This document shows, in pieces, positions 28,838-45,120 of a stretch of DNA of 64,000 bases. A model generated the notes under the pieces. The model ran no database searches. It had not been told where the DNA came from and worked only from the letters and a program-made list of their open reading frames with translations. Made by a program: the position numbers and the translations under genes. Source of the DNA: Eledone cirrhosa (lineage: Eukaryota); the NCBI GenBank assembly GCA_964016885.1, contig OZ024757.1, forward strand, positions 17,980,001-18,044,000. The letters run 5' to 3'. The first letter of the stretch is position 1; every line of letters begins with the position of its first letter.

Positions 28838-28838
<1 letters not shown>
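25536..28838 (-). mobile_element. Near full-length RTE-type non-LTR retrotransposon (~3.3 kb)
   Basis: Single APE+RT coding region, ~180-bp 5' leader, almost no 3' UTR, (TA)n flanks. Confidence 0.9.
25537..28663 (-). pseudogene. APE endonuclease / reverse transcriptase ORF broken by frameshifts (~28140, ~27790) and an in-frame stop (26752)
   Basis: APE: GTLNVRT, IQEHR, LGDFNAH, SQIDFIL, SDH (~27730); RT: PKKGD, NYRGISL, QNGFREGRST, FIDFRKAFDSV, GVLQGDTLAPYLF, FADD, FLYLG; RTE-like C-terminus RLRLAGH...RRGRP. Confidence 0.93.
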
Positions 28839-28868
<30 letters not shown>

Positions 28869-29080
28869 GTTTCTGAATTTGTTTAGCAAGATTCTTTATC
28901 TGAAATCGTGTGTTGAAACCGATATTGTTATACTTTGGGAGGGTCATGTTGCCAATAAGAAACACACGCACCAGTTGCTTTCACTTCAATTTAATTTAAT
29001 ATATATTTATAAATTTACAAATTTATAAATTTCTGGTTGGTTGGTTGGTTCCACAACCAGATAGTTGTTTATATATATAT

Positions 29081-29125
29081 AGTCATAGTTCTTTCGTCAC
29101 ACACTCTGTGACCTCTTCAGTGACT
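29081..29125 (-). ncRNA. Type I hammerhead ribozyme motif (left arm)
   Basis: Reverse complement of 29234-29278. Confidence 0.85.
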
Positions 29126-29233
29126 GGGGATTTCTTTCTTCGTTTCTGTGCCTTTCCTTTCTTCTATCCTACGCCATGAAAATGGCGTAGGATAGAAGAA
29201 AGGAAAGGCAGAGAAACGAAGAAAGAAATCCCC

Positions 29234-29278
29234 AGTCACTGAAGAGGTCACAGAGTGTGTGACGAAAGAACTATGACT
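29234..29278 (+). ncRNA. Type I hammerhead ribozyme motif (right arm)
   Basis: agtca CTGAAGA g gtcac-agagtgt-gtgac GAAA gaac TA tgact; 5-bp stems I and II, minimal stem III. Confidence 0.85.
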
Positions 29279-29437
29279 ATATATATATAAACAACTATCT
29301 GGTTGTGGAACCAACCAACCAACCAGAAATTTATAAATTTGTAAATTTATAAATATATATTAAATTAAATTGAAGTGAAAGCAACTGGTGCGTGTGTTTC
29401 TTATTGGCAATATGACCCTCCCAAAGTATAACAATAT

Positions 29438-29600
29438 ATATAATATTATTTATATATATATATAATATATATATAATATATATATAATATATATATATAT
29501 ATAATATATATATAATATATAATATATATATATAATATATATATATATAATATATATATATATAATATATATATATAATATATATATAATATATATATAT

Positions 29601-29633
<33 letters not shown>

Positions 29634-29714
29634 ATATATATATATAATATATATATATATAATATATATATATAATATATATATAATATATATATATAAT
29701 ATATATATATATAT

Positions 29715-29745
<31 letters not shown>

Positions 29746-29867
29746 ATATATATATAATATATATATAATATATATATATAATATAATATTTATATATATA
29801 TAATATTTATATATATATAATATTTATATATATATATAATATATATATAATATATATATAAATATAT

Positions 29868-29902
<35 letters not shown>

Positions 29903-30454
29903 AATATATATATATAATATATAAATATAAATATATATATATAATATATAATATATAAATATATAATATATATATATATGAATATATATATATTATATAT
30001 ATATATATAAATATATAATATATAATATATATAAATATATAAATATATATAAATAAATATATATAAACTAATATATATATAAATATATATGTATATATAT
30101 ATAAATATATATATATTTATAAATATATATATATATATATATATATAACTACATATATATATTATATATAAATATATATAAATATATATAAATATATAAA
30201 TATATATAAATATATAAATATAAATATATAAATATATATATATATAAATATATATAAACATATTTGTATATTTATATATATATATAAACATAAATATATA
30301 TATATAAATAAATATATATATAAATATTAATATATATAACCATATATATATAAATATATATGTATATATATAAATATATATAAATATATAAATATAGGTA
30401 TATTAATATATATATATAACGTATATTAATAAATATATATACGTATATTAATAT

Positions 30455-30486
<32 letters not shown>

Positions 30487-30538
30487 GTAAATAAAAAGAT
30501 ATAAATTTATAAATAAAAAGATATAAATATATAAATAA

Positions 30539-30580
<42 letters not shown>

Positions 30581-31663
30581 AATATGTAGATATATATAAA
30601 TATATATATAAACATATATATATATAACTAAATATATATAAGTATAAATATATATATATATGTATATATATATAAATATATAAATCAATATATATATATA
30701 TATACATATATATAAATAAATATATATAAATATTTAAATATATATGAATAAATATATATAAATAAATATATATAAATATAAATATATATAAATAAATATA
30801 CATAAATATAAATATATATATATATATATATACATAAATATATATATATATATATACATAAATATATATATATATATATATACATAAATATAAATATATA
30901 TATATAAATATACATAAACAAATATATATATATAAATATACATAAACATAAATATATATATATATACATAAATAAAAATATATATATATATAAATATACA
31001 TAAACATAAATATATATATATATATACATAAATATAAATATATATATATAAATATACATAAATATATATATATATATAAATAAACATAAATATATATATA
31101 TATATATACATAAACATAAATATATATATATATAAACATAAATATATATATATATAAACATAAATATATATATATATACATAAACATAAATATATATATA
31201 TATACATAAATATATATATATATATATATACATAAACATAAATATATATATATATACATAAACAGATATATGTATATACATAAACATATATATATATATA
31301 TATACATAAACATATATATATACTCTTTTACCTGTCTTAGCCATCCGGCTGAGGCCATGCTGGGCACCGCTCTTATGTATATATATATATATATATATAC
31401 ACAAACATAAATATATATACATAAATATATATTTATAAATATATATATATATATATTATATATATATATACACAAACATAAATATATATACATAAATATA
31501 TATATATAAATATATATTTATAAATATATATATATATAAATATATATATAAATAAATAAATATATATAAATATATATATATAAATATATATATATATAAA
31601 TATATATATAAATAAATAAATATGTATATAAATATATATATATATAAATAAATAAATATATAT

Positions 31664-31714
<51 letters not shown>

Positions 31715-31797
31715 AATATATATATACAAATATATATATATATATATATATATACAAATATATATATATATATATATATAAATATATATATATAAAT

Positions 31798-31828
<31 letters not shown>

Positions 31829-31857
31829 AATATATATATAAATATATATATATAAAT

Positions 31858-31888
<31 letters not shown>

Positions 31889-32009
31889 AATATATATAAA
31901 TATATATATATATATATAAATATATATATATATATGTAAATATATATATATATATATATAAATATATATATAAATATATATATAAATATATATATATATA
32001 AATATATAT

Positions 32010-32064
<55 letters not shown>

Positions 32065-32118
32065 AATAAATATATATATATATATATAAATATATAAATA
32101 AATATATATATATATATA

Positions 32119-32152
<34 letters not shown>

Positions 32153-32197
32153 AATATATATATATATAAATATATATATAAATATATATATATATAA

Positions 32198-32244
<47 letters not shown>

Positions 32245-32250
32245 TATATA

Positions 32251-32318
<68 letters not shown>

Positions 32319-32321
32319 TAA

Positions 32322-32366
<45 letters not shown>

Positions 32367-32414
32367 TATATATAAATATATATATATATATAAATATATA
32401 TATATATTACATAT

Positions 32415-32470
<56 letters not shown>
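29438..32470. repeat. ~3-kb interrupted (TA)n tract containing a ~55-bp island at 31321-31375
   Basis: Direct inspection. Confidence 0.97.
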
Positions 32471-32471
<1 letters not shown>

Positions 32472-32576
32472 CAAAGAGATATTTAATTTGTTGGGAATTC
32501 CACAAATACATTTATAACAGATTCACGAAGCACTCGACATTTAGAAATGGAAACTATATTTATAAAACCATATTTA

Positions 32577-32633
32577 TTTTATTATATATATTTCAAGGGC
32601 ACCAAAACTTTCGTACGCACTCATCAGATAAAA
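32577..32633 (-). ncRNA. Hammerhead-like motif (degenerate stem II)
   Basis: Minus strand: ttttat CTGATGA gtgc...gccctt GAAA tatata TA ataaaa; flank shared with 55046-55138. Confidence 0.6.
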
Positions 32634-32731
32634 TACAAAATTTATAAAATCCAGGAATCATACCTTAACAGGTCAGGTTCCGTTTGGATATGCTAATATA
32701 TCTATCTGTGAATGCATACATAGATACAAAA

Positions 32732-33061
32732 ATGGTGGCTGCCAAATCGTTTTCGAGTTGGTATCCAACATCATTGGATACCATCAGCGTTACAGGTGTT
32801 ATATCAGAGTTTTCCTTCCCCTAGAATTCTGCCTTGACAAAGGCTAAGGGGTCATCTCTCCCGGTGATTTTGAATGGCCATTGACTCTTAAGAGCTCCTT
32901 TGCCCTTTGACAGGTTTTGTTTTTAGTCCTGCAGGATGTCCAAAGTCACCCTCCTCACCAAGAAACCTTGGTGGGGCTGCCAGTTTAGTCGCCAACGACC
33001 CGACCATGAGACTGGTTGTACTGGGATACATGTTACCAGTAGCACCAACTGGTGACCCGAT
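32732..33061 (-). mobile_element. RTE-related non-autonomous element with internal deletion
   Basis: Both ends of the 12903-13512 family are joined at ~32760. Confidence 0.8.
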
Positions 33062-33413
33062 ACAAATATACATACATACATACATACATACATACATACA
33101 TACATGCTCTTTAAACTCTGCTGTGGTGATCGAACTTTCTGGAGAAAAATATCTCTATGTATGTATGTGTGAATATAATTTATATTTCATGTATGTACTC
33201 TGTCTGTATTACACGTGAACGTATCTTTCTGTCTCTCTCCTCCCTGTGTGTGTGTATGTGTATGTGTGTGTGTGTATGTTAAACCCAGTGAGGGCAGCTG
33301 ACTATATTACAGCTAAGCCTACAGATTAATGTCTAATGACTGTCTTAGAGACGTCACTATTTTACTTTTTGTTGATCAAGCAACGATAAAAAAGTAACAC
33401 GGAAGAAATAGAG

Positions 33414-33414
<1 letters not shown>

Positions 33415-33458
<44 letters not shown>

Positions 33459-33917
33459 TATAGATACACATATAGATACGTATATATATACATATATATG
33501 TATATATATACACATATATATGTATATTTATATATACATGTATATATATATATACATATATATATGTATATATATACACATATATATGTATATTTATATA
33601 TACATGTATATATATATATACATATATATATGTATATATATATATAAAAGATAAACAGCAATAACAACACAATCGGTACAGTATATATATATATATATAC
33701 ATATATATATTGTATATATATATACATATATATACATATATGTCTAAGTATATATATGTATATATATACATATATATATGTATATATAAGTATAAGTGTA
33801 TATATACATACATATACACATACATATACATATATTCATACATATACATATATTCATACATATATTCATACATATACATACATATACATATATTCATACA
33901 TATACATATACACATAC

Positions 33918-33953
<36 letters not shown>

Positions 33954-34327
33954 ATATACATACATACATATATATACATATACATATATATATATATACA
34001 TACATACATATATATACATATACATATCTATACACACATATATATACATATGTATATACATAGATATATATGTATAAATATACATACATATATATACACA
34101 TACATATATATACACATATATATATACATTCATATATATACATATATATATATACATACATATATATATATATACACATACATATATATATACACATACA
34201 TATATATATACATACATATATATATACATACATATATATATACATACATGTATATATACATACATGTATATATACATACATGTATACATACATATATATA
34301 TACATATATATATACATACATGTATAT
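33415..34327. repeat. (TA)n/(TACA)n tract
   Basis: Direct inspection. Confidence 0.95.
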
Positions 34328-34937
34328 ATGGTGGCTGCCAACTCGTTTTCGAGTACGGCCACTACTTTATATCCTTGTAGGAGAACCCCTACCGATGCGC
34401 TGAACGAGTGTGACTTTTTAGTCCAGTCAGCGACTTGAAAACTCTGGTACAAACACTACACTTGTGACAATTATTGACACATAGTGCTGGGCCCATGGTA
34501 CCATGTGACGGCAAGTGCAGAGAGATCTCCAGATATAAAGCAATGCCTGTGCCGTGAAGCTTTTATAGTGAGCAAAGGCACTGCACAAAGCCAGTCCCAC
34601 TCTCTTAACCAAGATGATATTTACCAAAAAGAAGAACAAGTCAACATCATTGGATACCATCAGGGTTGCAGGTGTTATATCAGAGTTTTCCTTCTCCTAG
34701 AATTCTGCCTTGACAAAGGCTAAGGGGTCATCTCTCCCAGTGATTTTGGATGGCCATTGACTCTTAAGAGCTCCTTTGCCCTTTGACAGGTTTTGTTTTT
34801 AGTCCTGCAGGATGTCCAAAGTCACCCTCCTCACCAAGAAACCTTAGTGGGGTTGCCAGTTTAGTCGCCAACGACCCGACCATGAGACAGGTTGTACTGG
34901 GATACATGTTACCAGTAGCACCAAGTGGTGACCTGAC
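34328..34937 (-). mobile_element. RTE-related non-autonomous element, full-length copy
   Basis: Colinear and highly similar to 12903-13512. Confidence 0.82.
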
Positions 34938-35214
34938 ATGTATATATACATACATGTATACATACATATATATATACATATATATATACATACAATCATA
35001 TATATATACATACATATATACATACATACATATATAAATACACATATATATACATACAATCATATATATATACATATATACATACATACAATCATATATA
35101 TATATATATACATACATACAGATATACATACATATATACATTCATATATATATATATACATACATACACACACACACACACATAAAAAAGGATCGATCGA
35201 CTTTCGTCAAATCG

Positions 35215-35404
35215 GACCGAGGAAACAATGTTTCCGTTGATCTTTCCAGTTGCTAATACTATCTATCGGTCGCAACTCCAGGTAGAAGGAGCGACGTGAA
35301 ATAAAGTGTCTTGCTCAAGGACATAACGCATCGCCTGGTCCAGGAATCGAACTCACAACCTCAAGATTGTGAATCCAATTATCTAACCACTCAGCCATAC
35401 GCCT
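35215..35404 (-). mobile_element. tRNA-derived SINE family B
   Basis: Minus strand: TGGCTGAGTGG (A box), GAGTTCGATTCC (B box), then TGTCCTTGAGCAAGACACTTTA resembling V/Meta SINE central domains; second copy at 44318-44501. Confidence 0.8.
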
Positions 35405-35407
35405 TCA

Positions 35408-38141
<2,734 letters not shown>

Positions 38142-38390
38142 TTTTTTTTTTCTCCTCATCAACGAACTCATTATTAATACATATTAACTCTATTCGCATA
38201 TATTATCAATTCCTTCAATATACAAACTTTAACTTCACATTATTTTTCTCAAATCCTTCTACACACAAACCTTAATAATTTTTCTCTTCGTTAATTTTGA
38301 AATTGCCACAATACATACATTTCTTTTTTTGACGTTAGAATATTCATCCACAATTATTATTTTTTTCTCTCTATCTTCATACATAATTTC

Positions 38391-38795
38391 CCTTCGTTAA
38401 TTTTCAAATTCCTTTAATTTATACATTATCTTCCAACGGTTCCCAACCTCTCTATGTTAAAACAATATATCTTTTTCTCAGTTATAAAAACTATCTCTTT
38501 CTCTCTATCACCCATCTCTCCCTCTCCACCTTCACTCTCATCTCCTCCCCCTTTTTTTCATCCTCCCCCCCCCTAAATAAAATATTTTTTCCTCGCGCAT
38601 ATCCTCCCTTCGTTAATTTTCAAAATTTTTAATTTATACAGTATCTTCCAACGGTTTTCAAACTCTCTATGTAAAAAATATATCTCCTCTCAGTTATAAA
38701 AACTATCTCTTTCTCTCTATCACCCATCTCTCCCTCTCATCTCCCCTTTTCATCCTTTCCACCCCCCCCTCTCTAAATAAAATATTTTTTTCCCA
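38391..38795. repeat. Diverged two-copy tandem duplication (~217-bp period)
   Basis: CCTTCGTTAATTTTCAAA at 38391 and 38608; CAGTTATAAAAACTATCTCTTTCTCTCTATCACCCATC occurs twice. Confidence 0.8.
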
Positions 38796-38888
38796 ATATC
38801 ACACATCAATCTAAAACCACTTTTCATATGTTGATTTAAAACTGCACTATCCACAAGTGTTTTTTAGCCTTCATATCATGTTCTCCTG

Positions 38889-38955
38889 TTTTATCTGATG
38901 AAAACACAAATATTATTGCATGATGATGTTTGTTTTTGAAATGCGCATAATAAAA
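38889..38955 (+). ncRNA. Type I hammerhead motif within solo pLTR-like element 38829-39081
   Basis: ttttat CTGATGA aaacacaaa...tttgttttt GAAA tgcgca TA ataaaa; same family as 14404. Confidence 0.8.
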
Positions 38956-39083
38956 TACATGGAACGCCTTTAACCATCTTTTGAACTTATATTATGCATA
39001 CTCCAGTCCTACAAACTGTAGAGTGCTTCTTATCCGATATCTGCATTGCTTTATTGTACTACAATAAAACTCACCTCCTACAT

Positions 39084-39117
<34 letters not shown>

Positions 39118-39522
39118 ATATACATATACATATATATATACATATACATATATATATACATATACATATATACATATATATACATACATATACACATATA
39201 TATATACATATATATACATACATATATACATATATATATACATAAATATACATACATATATACATATATATATACATATACATATATATACATATATATA
39301 TACATATATATACATATATATATACATATATATACATACATATACATATATACGTATATATATATATATATATATATACATATATATACATACATATACA
39401 TATATACGTATATATATATATATATACATATATACATATATATACACATACATATATATACATATACATATATATACATATATACATATATACAATAAAT
39501 ATATATATATATATACATATAT

Positions 39523-39770
39523 GATGGCTGCCCCCTCGTTATCGAGTATGGCCATTGCACGATATACGATTATGAATAATTATTAATTAATTCTATCGTA
39601 CAATGGCTGTGTGTGAAGATATTTTTTAAAGTGAGGAAAGACTGTGCATAGAGCTAATCCCACTCTCTGAGCGACAGTAGCTATAACCCAAAAAGAAGAA
39701 AAGATCAACATCATCGGTTCCTACTGAGCCGCAAGTTTTATATCGGAATTATCCCAGTCTCCTGAGTTGC
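39523..39770 (-). mobile_element. Diverged relative of the RTE-related non-autonomous family
   Basis: ATGGCTGCCCCCTCGTTATCGAGTATGGCCA and CCAAAAAGAAGAAAAGATCAACATCAT resemble the family consensus. Confidence 0.65.
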
Positions 39771-40766
39771 CTTCTCCTGGAAGAATGCCTTGACAAAGTC
39801 TAGGGGTCCTTCACTCTCAGTGTTATGTTTACACCGTATTTCTTCTCCTGGAAGAATGCCTTGACAAAGGCTAGGTGTCCTTCACTCCCAGTGTTATGTT
39901 TACACCGTATTTCTTCTCCTGGAAGAATGCCTTGACAAAGGCTAGGTGTCCTTCACTCCCAGTGTTATGTTTACACCGTATTTCTTCTCCTGGAAGAATG
40001 CCTTGACAAAGGCTAGGTGTCCTTCACTCTCAGTGTTATGTTTACACCGTATTTCTTCTCCTGGAAGAATGCCTTGACAAAGGCTAGGTGTCCTTCACTC
40101 TCAGTGTTATGTTTACACCGTATTTCTTCTCCTGGAAGAATGCCTTGACAAAGGCTAGGTGTCCTTCACTCTCAGTGTTATGTTTACACCGTATTTCTTC
40201 TCCTGGAAGAATGCCTTGACAAAGTCTAGGTGTCCTTCACTCCCAGTGTTATGTTTACACCGTATTTCTTCTCCTGGAAGAATGCCTTGACAAAGGCTAG
40301 GGGTCCTTCACTCCCAGTGTTATGTTTACACCGTATTTCTTCTCCTGGAAGAATGCCTTGACAAAGGCTAGGGGTCCTTCACTCCCAGTGTTATGTTTAC
40401 ACCGTATTTCTTCTCCTGGAAGAATGCCTTGACAAAGGCTAGGTGTCCTTCACTCTCAGTGTTATGTTTACACCGTATTTCTTCTCCTGGAAGAATGCCT
40501 TGACAAAGGCTAGGTGTCCTTCACTCTCAGTGTTATGTTTACACCGTATTTCTTCTCCTGGAAGAATGCCTTGACAAAGTCTAGGTGTCCTTCACTCCCA
40601 GTGTTATGTTTACACCGTATTTCTTCTCCTGGAAGAATGCCTTGACAAAGGCTAGGGGTCCTTCACTCCCAGTGTTATGTTTACATCGTATTTCTTCTCC
40701 TGGAAGAATGCCTTGACAAAGGCTAGGGGTCCTTCACTCCCAGTGTTATGTTTACAGCGTATTTCT
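39771..40766. repeat. 71-bp minisatellite, ~14 copies
   Basis: CTTCTCCTGGAAGAATGCCTTGACAAAGGCTAGG... at 39771, 39842 and onward. Confidence 0.97.
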
Positions 40767-41332
40767 TTGAAAATACGAAATTACGATAGCGTGTGAAGTT
40801 GGGTGATCAGAGAATGGCTCCAGTAGAGCCGCTACTTCTCTGAATTAAGACGTCACAGCTCTGATACTATAGGCACGTAGTTAGATTGTGTAAGGGAAAA
40901 AAAATCACTGGACAGATTTTAGCAGAAAAACTTATTAGCGGGAGACCCTGGTTAGACAGCGAGCAAGATGGTTGTATAACATCCATGAGCTTGGCTGGTC
41001 TCTGTTGGGGATCCAGCTGGACCGGATCAGTTGGAGACAGTTGCTTCTGACAGGCCCCACTGAAAGGTGTGTTTAAGGGCTCTGACCCCATTACCTTCTC
41101 AGGGATAAGTGGACGAAGAAGAAGTTTCGGTCACATTGTTTCAGGATCGATAAATATAGTATGAGGGGAGTGTGGTACGAGAGTTGAGTGGGGACGCCTG
41201 GAGGCATGGGATCTGACCCATCAGTTTAATTATTGTAGAGATATAGCGTCAGTATAAACATATTTAATTGTATTGTGAAGATGTGTTGTGTTAGTTGTTA
41301 TGGTGTGGCTCAATATAGGCGTGTATATAATG

Positions 41333-41547
41333 GTTTCTTATATAGGCACAAGGCCAGCAATTTGGGGGGGGGGGGAAGTCGATTAAATCGACCCCGGTGC
41401 GTGACTGGTACTTTATTTTATCGACCCCGTAAGGATGAAAGGCAAAGTTTATCTCGACGGGATTTGAACTCAGATCATAAAGGGTCATAACTCTATGCTG
41501 CAAAGCATGGTGTCCGACGCTCTACCGATTCTGCCAATCCACCGCCC
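41333..41547 (-). mobile_element. SINE family A copy
   Basis: Same A/B boxes and central domain; longer 3' variant with a G-run. Confidence 0.85.
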
Positions 41548-41874
41548 TGTAGGTGTGTATATAATGAAACATGTTGATGTCTAAACAATAGGATGGTAAC
41601 ACTGATTTAGCTAAGTCAGAGATAGAGAGGGAGAGAGGGGCAGAGAGAGGGAGAGAGGGGCAGAGTGAGGGAGAGAGGGGCAGAGAGAGGGAGAGAAGAA
41701 TAGAGAGAGGGGGAGAGAAGAATGGAGATAGGGGGAGAGAAGAATGGAGAGAGGGGGGAGAGAAGAATGGAGAGAGAGAGAGAGATTTTATATAATTTTC
41801 AAATTAAATATATTTGCCAAAATGTACATACTCATTGGTCTAACGTTTCTATACAATTATAAACACATATATAC

Positions 41875-42300
41875 ATACACAGCTATATAAACCTATACAC
41901 AGTTATATACAGTAAAAAAAACACATATACAGCTATGTACACCTATACACAGTTATATACAGCAAAAAACACATACAGCTATATACACCAATACACAGTT
42001 ATATACAGCAAAAACACATATATATACACAGCTATACACACCTATACACAGTTATATACAGCAAAAAACACATATACATACACAGCTATATACACCTATA
42101 CACAGTTATATACAGCAAAAAACACATACATATACAGCTATATACACCTATACACAGTTAAATACAGCAAAAAACACGTATATACATATACAGCAATAAA
42201 CACACATATACAGCTATATACTGCAATGAACACATATATACAGCTATATACTGCAATGAACACATATATACAGCTATACAAAACACACACAGTTATATAC
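41875..42300. repeat. Degenerate minisatellite (CAGCTATATACACCTATACACAGTTATATACAGCAAAAAACAC)
   Basis: About 6 copies of a ~45-55 bp unit plus shorter derived units. Confidence 0.85.
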
Positions 42301-42494
42301 GTCTATCTTAAGTTATATAGACCTATATACAATTATATATATATATAAATAAATATATATATATATATAATTATATATATATATATAAATATATATATAT
42401 TACTTTATTTCACCTTTTCCACATAAACCGTGAAACTAATAAGACTTGTTGTACTTCTATTTGTCGTTTCCTTGAACTATACATATATATATAT

Positions 42495-42544
<50 letters not shown>

Positions 42545-43608
42545 CATACATACAGCTATGTAGTACAATAAACACTTATATACATTTGTTTAGAGTTCGA
42601 TGCTGTTTTATATATCATTATACATCAATATGCAGCTCGTACGACATTATACATCCATACGTGTCTATACCACAATATACAGCTATATATATATCTATGT
42701 GCAGCAGCAGCACAACCAATATATATTATATACGATTATAGACAGCAATATACATGTACATACAGTAATATATAATAAAATTAAACCGCCATCATACACC
42801 TCTATCATCATCACCACCAACAGCGATTCCTATCATAATATATAATATTTGGAGAGAGCACGTAGTCATTTTCTTGCTATATAAAACTGACGCTTATATT
42901 TATTGAAACAACTTTACACAGTTCCTTTTTTTCATACAAGATATTTTATTATCGTCGCCTCCCTCTATATTTCCTCGCCATTTTTAATGAACATTTTCAT
43001 TTCGAAAAATTATTTATATTATCCACATCCTTATTATTACTATTAATAGTGTTATTGTTGTTGTTGTTGTTGTTGCTGTTGTTAGTATTGTTGTTGTTGG
43101 TTGTTACTGTTGTTGTTGTTGTAGTAGCATACAATCTTTGCTTTGTTGTTATTTGCTCACAACATAGTCAATTGAAAATATATTTATTATTCAAGAATTC
43201 ATATGAAACCCCATAAACTAGAGTTGTTTGTGTAGAGGGAGGGCGGTGGCGTGGTAAATTATAGATACATGTATTGTAGGGTAGATGGTGGGGGAGATCG
43301 ATAGATAGAGTGATTGAGGGATAAAGTGTGATTGAGGGAGGGAGGGACAAAGAGAGAGAGAGAGAGAGAGTGATTATGGGAATGGGAGGGAGAAAGTGAG
43401 ATAGAGAGAGAAAGTGATTGAGAGAGAGAGATAGTAATAGAGAGAGAGGAAGTGAATCAGAGATATATATACAGAGTGAGAGAGAGCGAGAGAGTGAGAG
43501 AGAGTGGGAGTGAGTGGGAGAGAGTGGGAGAGAGTGGGAGAGAGAAAGAGAGGGTGCGTAAAGTGGGAATGAGAGCAGCAAAGAGAAAGGGGGGGATAGA
43601 AAGAGAGG

Positions 43609-43644
<36 letters not shown>

Positions 43645-44126
43645 CGAGAGAGAGAGAGCGAGAGAGCGAGAGAACGAGACAGAAAATGTGAATAAATGCA
43701 GGAGAGAGTGAGGTGTGATAGAGTTAAAGAGACATATTGTGAGAAAGAAAGTAAAATCGAATAAGAACGCTTATGTCGGGGCGTAACCTAAACTAGGATT
43801 TCAAGATACAATATTTCCCAAACAGGAGGCAACGTTGACCAATGTCTCTTTGAAAGTAGAGTGAACAGATTTAAAACTTTATTTCAATACCCAACACCGT
43901 TATCTAATGTAGAATATAGAGTGAAGTGATCCGAATCCCAGATTTAACTTGATCCGGCTGACTATACCAATAATGGCAGCTTATACAGAGATAAGGGGTG
44001 ACATTCTCATGGTTAATTTGAGGCCTGTGTTTGAACAGTGTGTAAGGAAGGGACGAGTAGCTAGCAGCATTACCACCATTAATCAAAGTTGCCAAGGAAT
44101 CGATAAAGGAGCGCGCAATACTACAG

Positions 44127-44215
44127 AGAAGAAGAAAAAGAAGAAAAAGAAGAAGAAAAAGAAGAAGAAAAAGAAGAAAAAGAAGAAGAAAAAGAAGAAA
44201 AAAAAGAAGAAAAAG
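44127..44215. repeat. (AAG/AAA)n purine tract
   Basis: Direct inspection; source of the poly-K ORF. Confidence 0.95.
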
Positions 44216-44317
44216 TAAAAGAAGTTTATTGCGCTTTCGATATCTCTCGATCGATCCAATCGATGTACAAGATCCCAGACATCATTCGATTACATAGTAG
44301 GGTAGAACTCGTCAAAG

Positions 44318-44501
44318 CCGACCGATAAAACAATGTTTCCATTGGTTTTTCCATTGCTAACTAGCGGTGATAACTCCTAGCAGAATGAACAACGTGAAAT
44401 AAAGTGTCTTGTTCAAGGATATAACACATCACACCGTCTAGGAATCGAACGCGGCACCTCTCAATCGTGAATCCAATTCTCTAACCACTAAATGACGCAC
44501 C
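44318..44501 (-). mobile_element. SINE family B, diverged copy
   Basis: Colinear with 35215-35404. Confidence 0.75.
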
Positions 44502-44941
44502 TCTAGTATCGCATAATATCAACTTCTTCGTTCACTTATTCCTGAGAGGTTCATGGCTCTGTAAAATCCTCAAACAACCCTTCCAGCAGCAACCACATCC
44601 AACAGATACCGGCTGGATCCCCAATCAAAACCAGCCAAGCTTATGGATGTTTCCTAACCGTCTTGCTCGTGGTCTACTCCTGGCTCACTTGCCAGTTATT
44701 TTCCCCCGTAAGATCTGCCCAAACCTAATTTAAACCTAATATATATATATATATTATATTTCCCTAAATTTCTACACTATGTGTTAGTAGCTCTTTTATT
44801 CTTCGTACACAAAACCAAATATGTTGTGTGTTTTACGACAGCTCTATATGCAAATGAGTCTAATCAACCCATGTACATAGGTGTGAAAACTATGTTTTCG
44901 CCTATATTGAGATCTAGCAGAGATCAGAGTCCTGTCTTGAT

Positions 44942-45120
44942 AATTGTTTCTACTTTAGACACAAGGCCAGCAATTACCCAGTGTATTACTGGTACTTTAT
45001 TTTATCGACCCCGTAAGGATGAAAGGCAAAGTCAACCTCGGCGGGATTTGAACTCAGATCGTAGAGGGACGTAACCATGCTGGAAAGCATGGCGTCCGAC
45101 CCTCTACCCATACTGCCAAT
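44942..45120 (-). mobile_element. SINE family A copy
   Basis: Matches the family. Confidence 0.85.

Larger units (their letters stand above)
28860..29437. mobile_element. Head-to-head palindromic pair of Penelope pLTR-like units (arms 28922-29177 / 29182-29437, 4-nt loop)
   Basis: ~256-bp near-perfect inverted repeat; each arm has a hammerhead; shares ATGGCGTAG and TGACCCTCCC(A/C)AAGTATAAC with the pLTR at 23771-24060. Confidence 0.88.

Noticed and set aside
35330-35404. tRNA gene
   Set aside because: A/B boxes continue into a SINE body found in a second copy; no convincing cloverleaf
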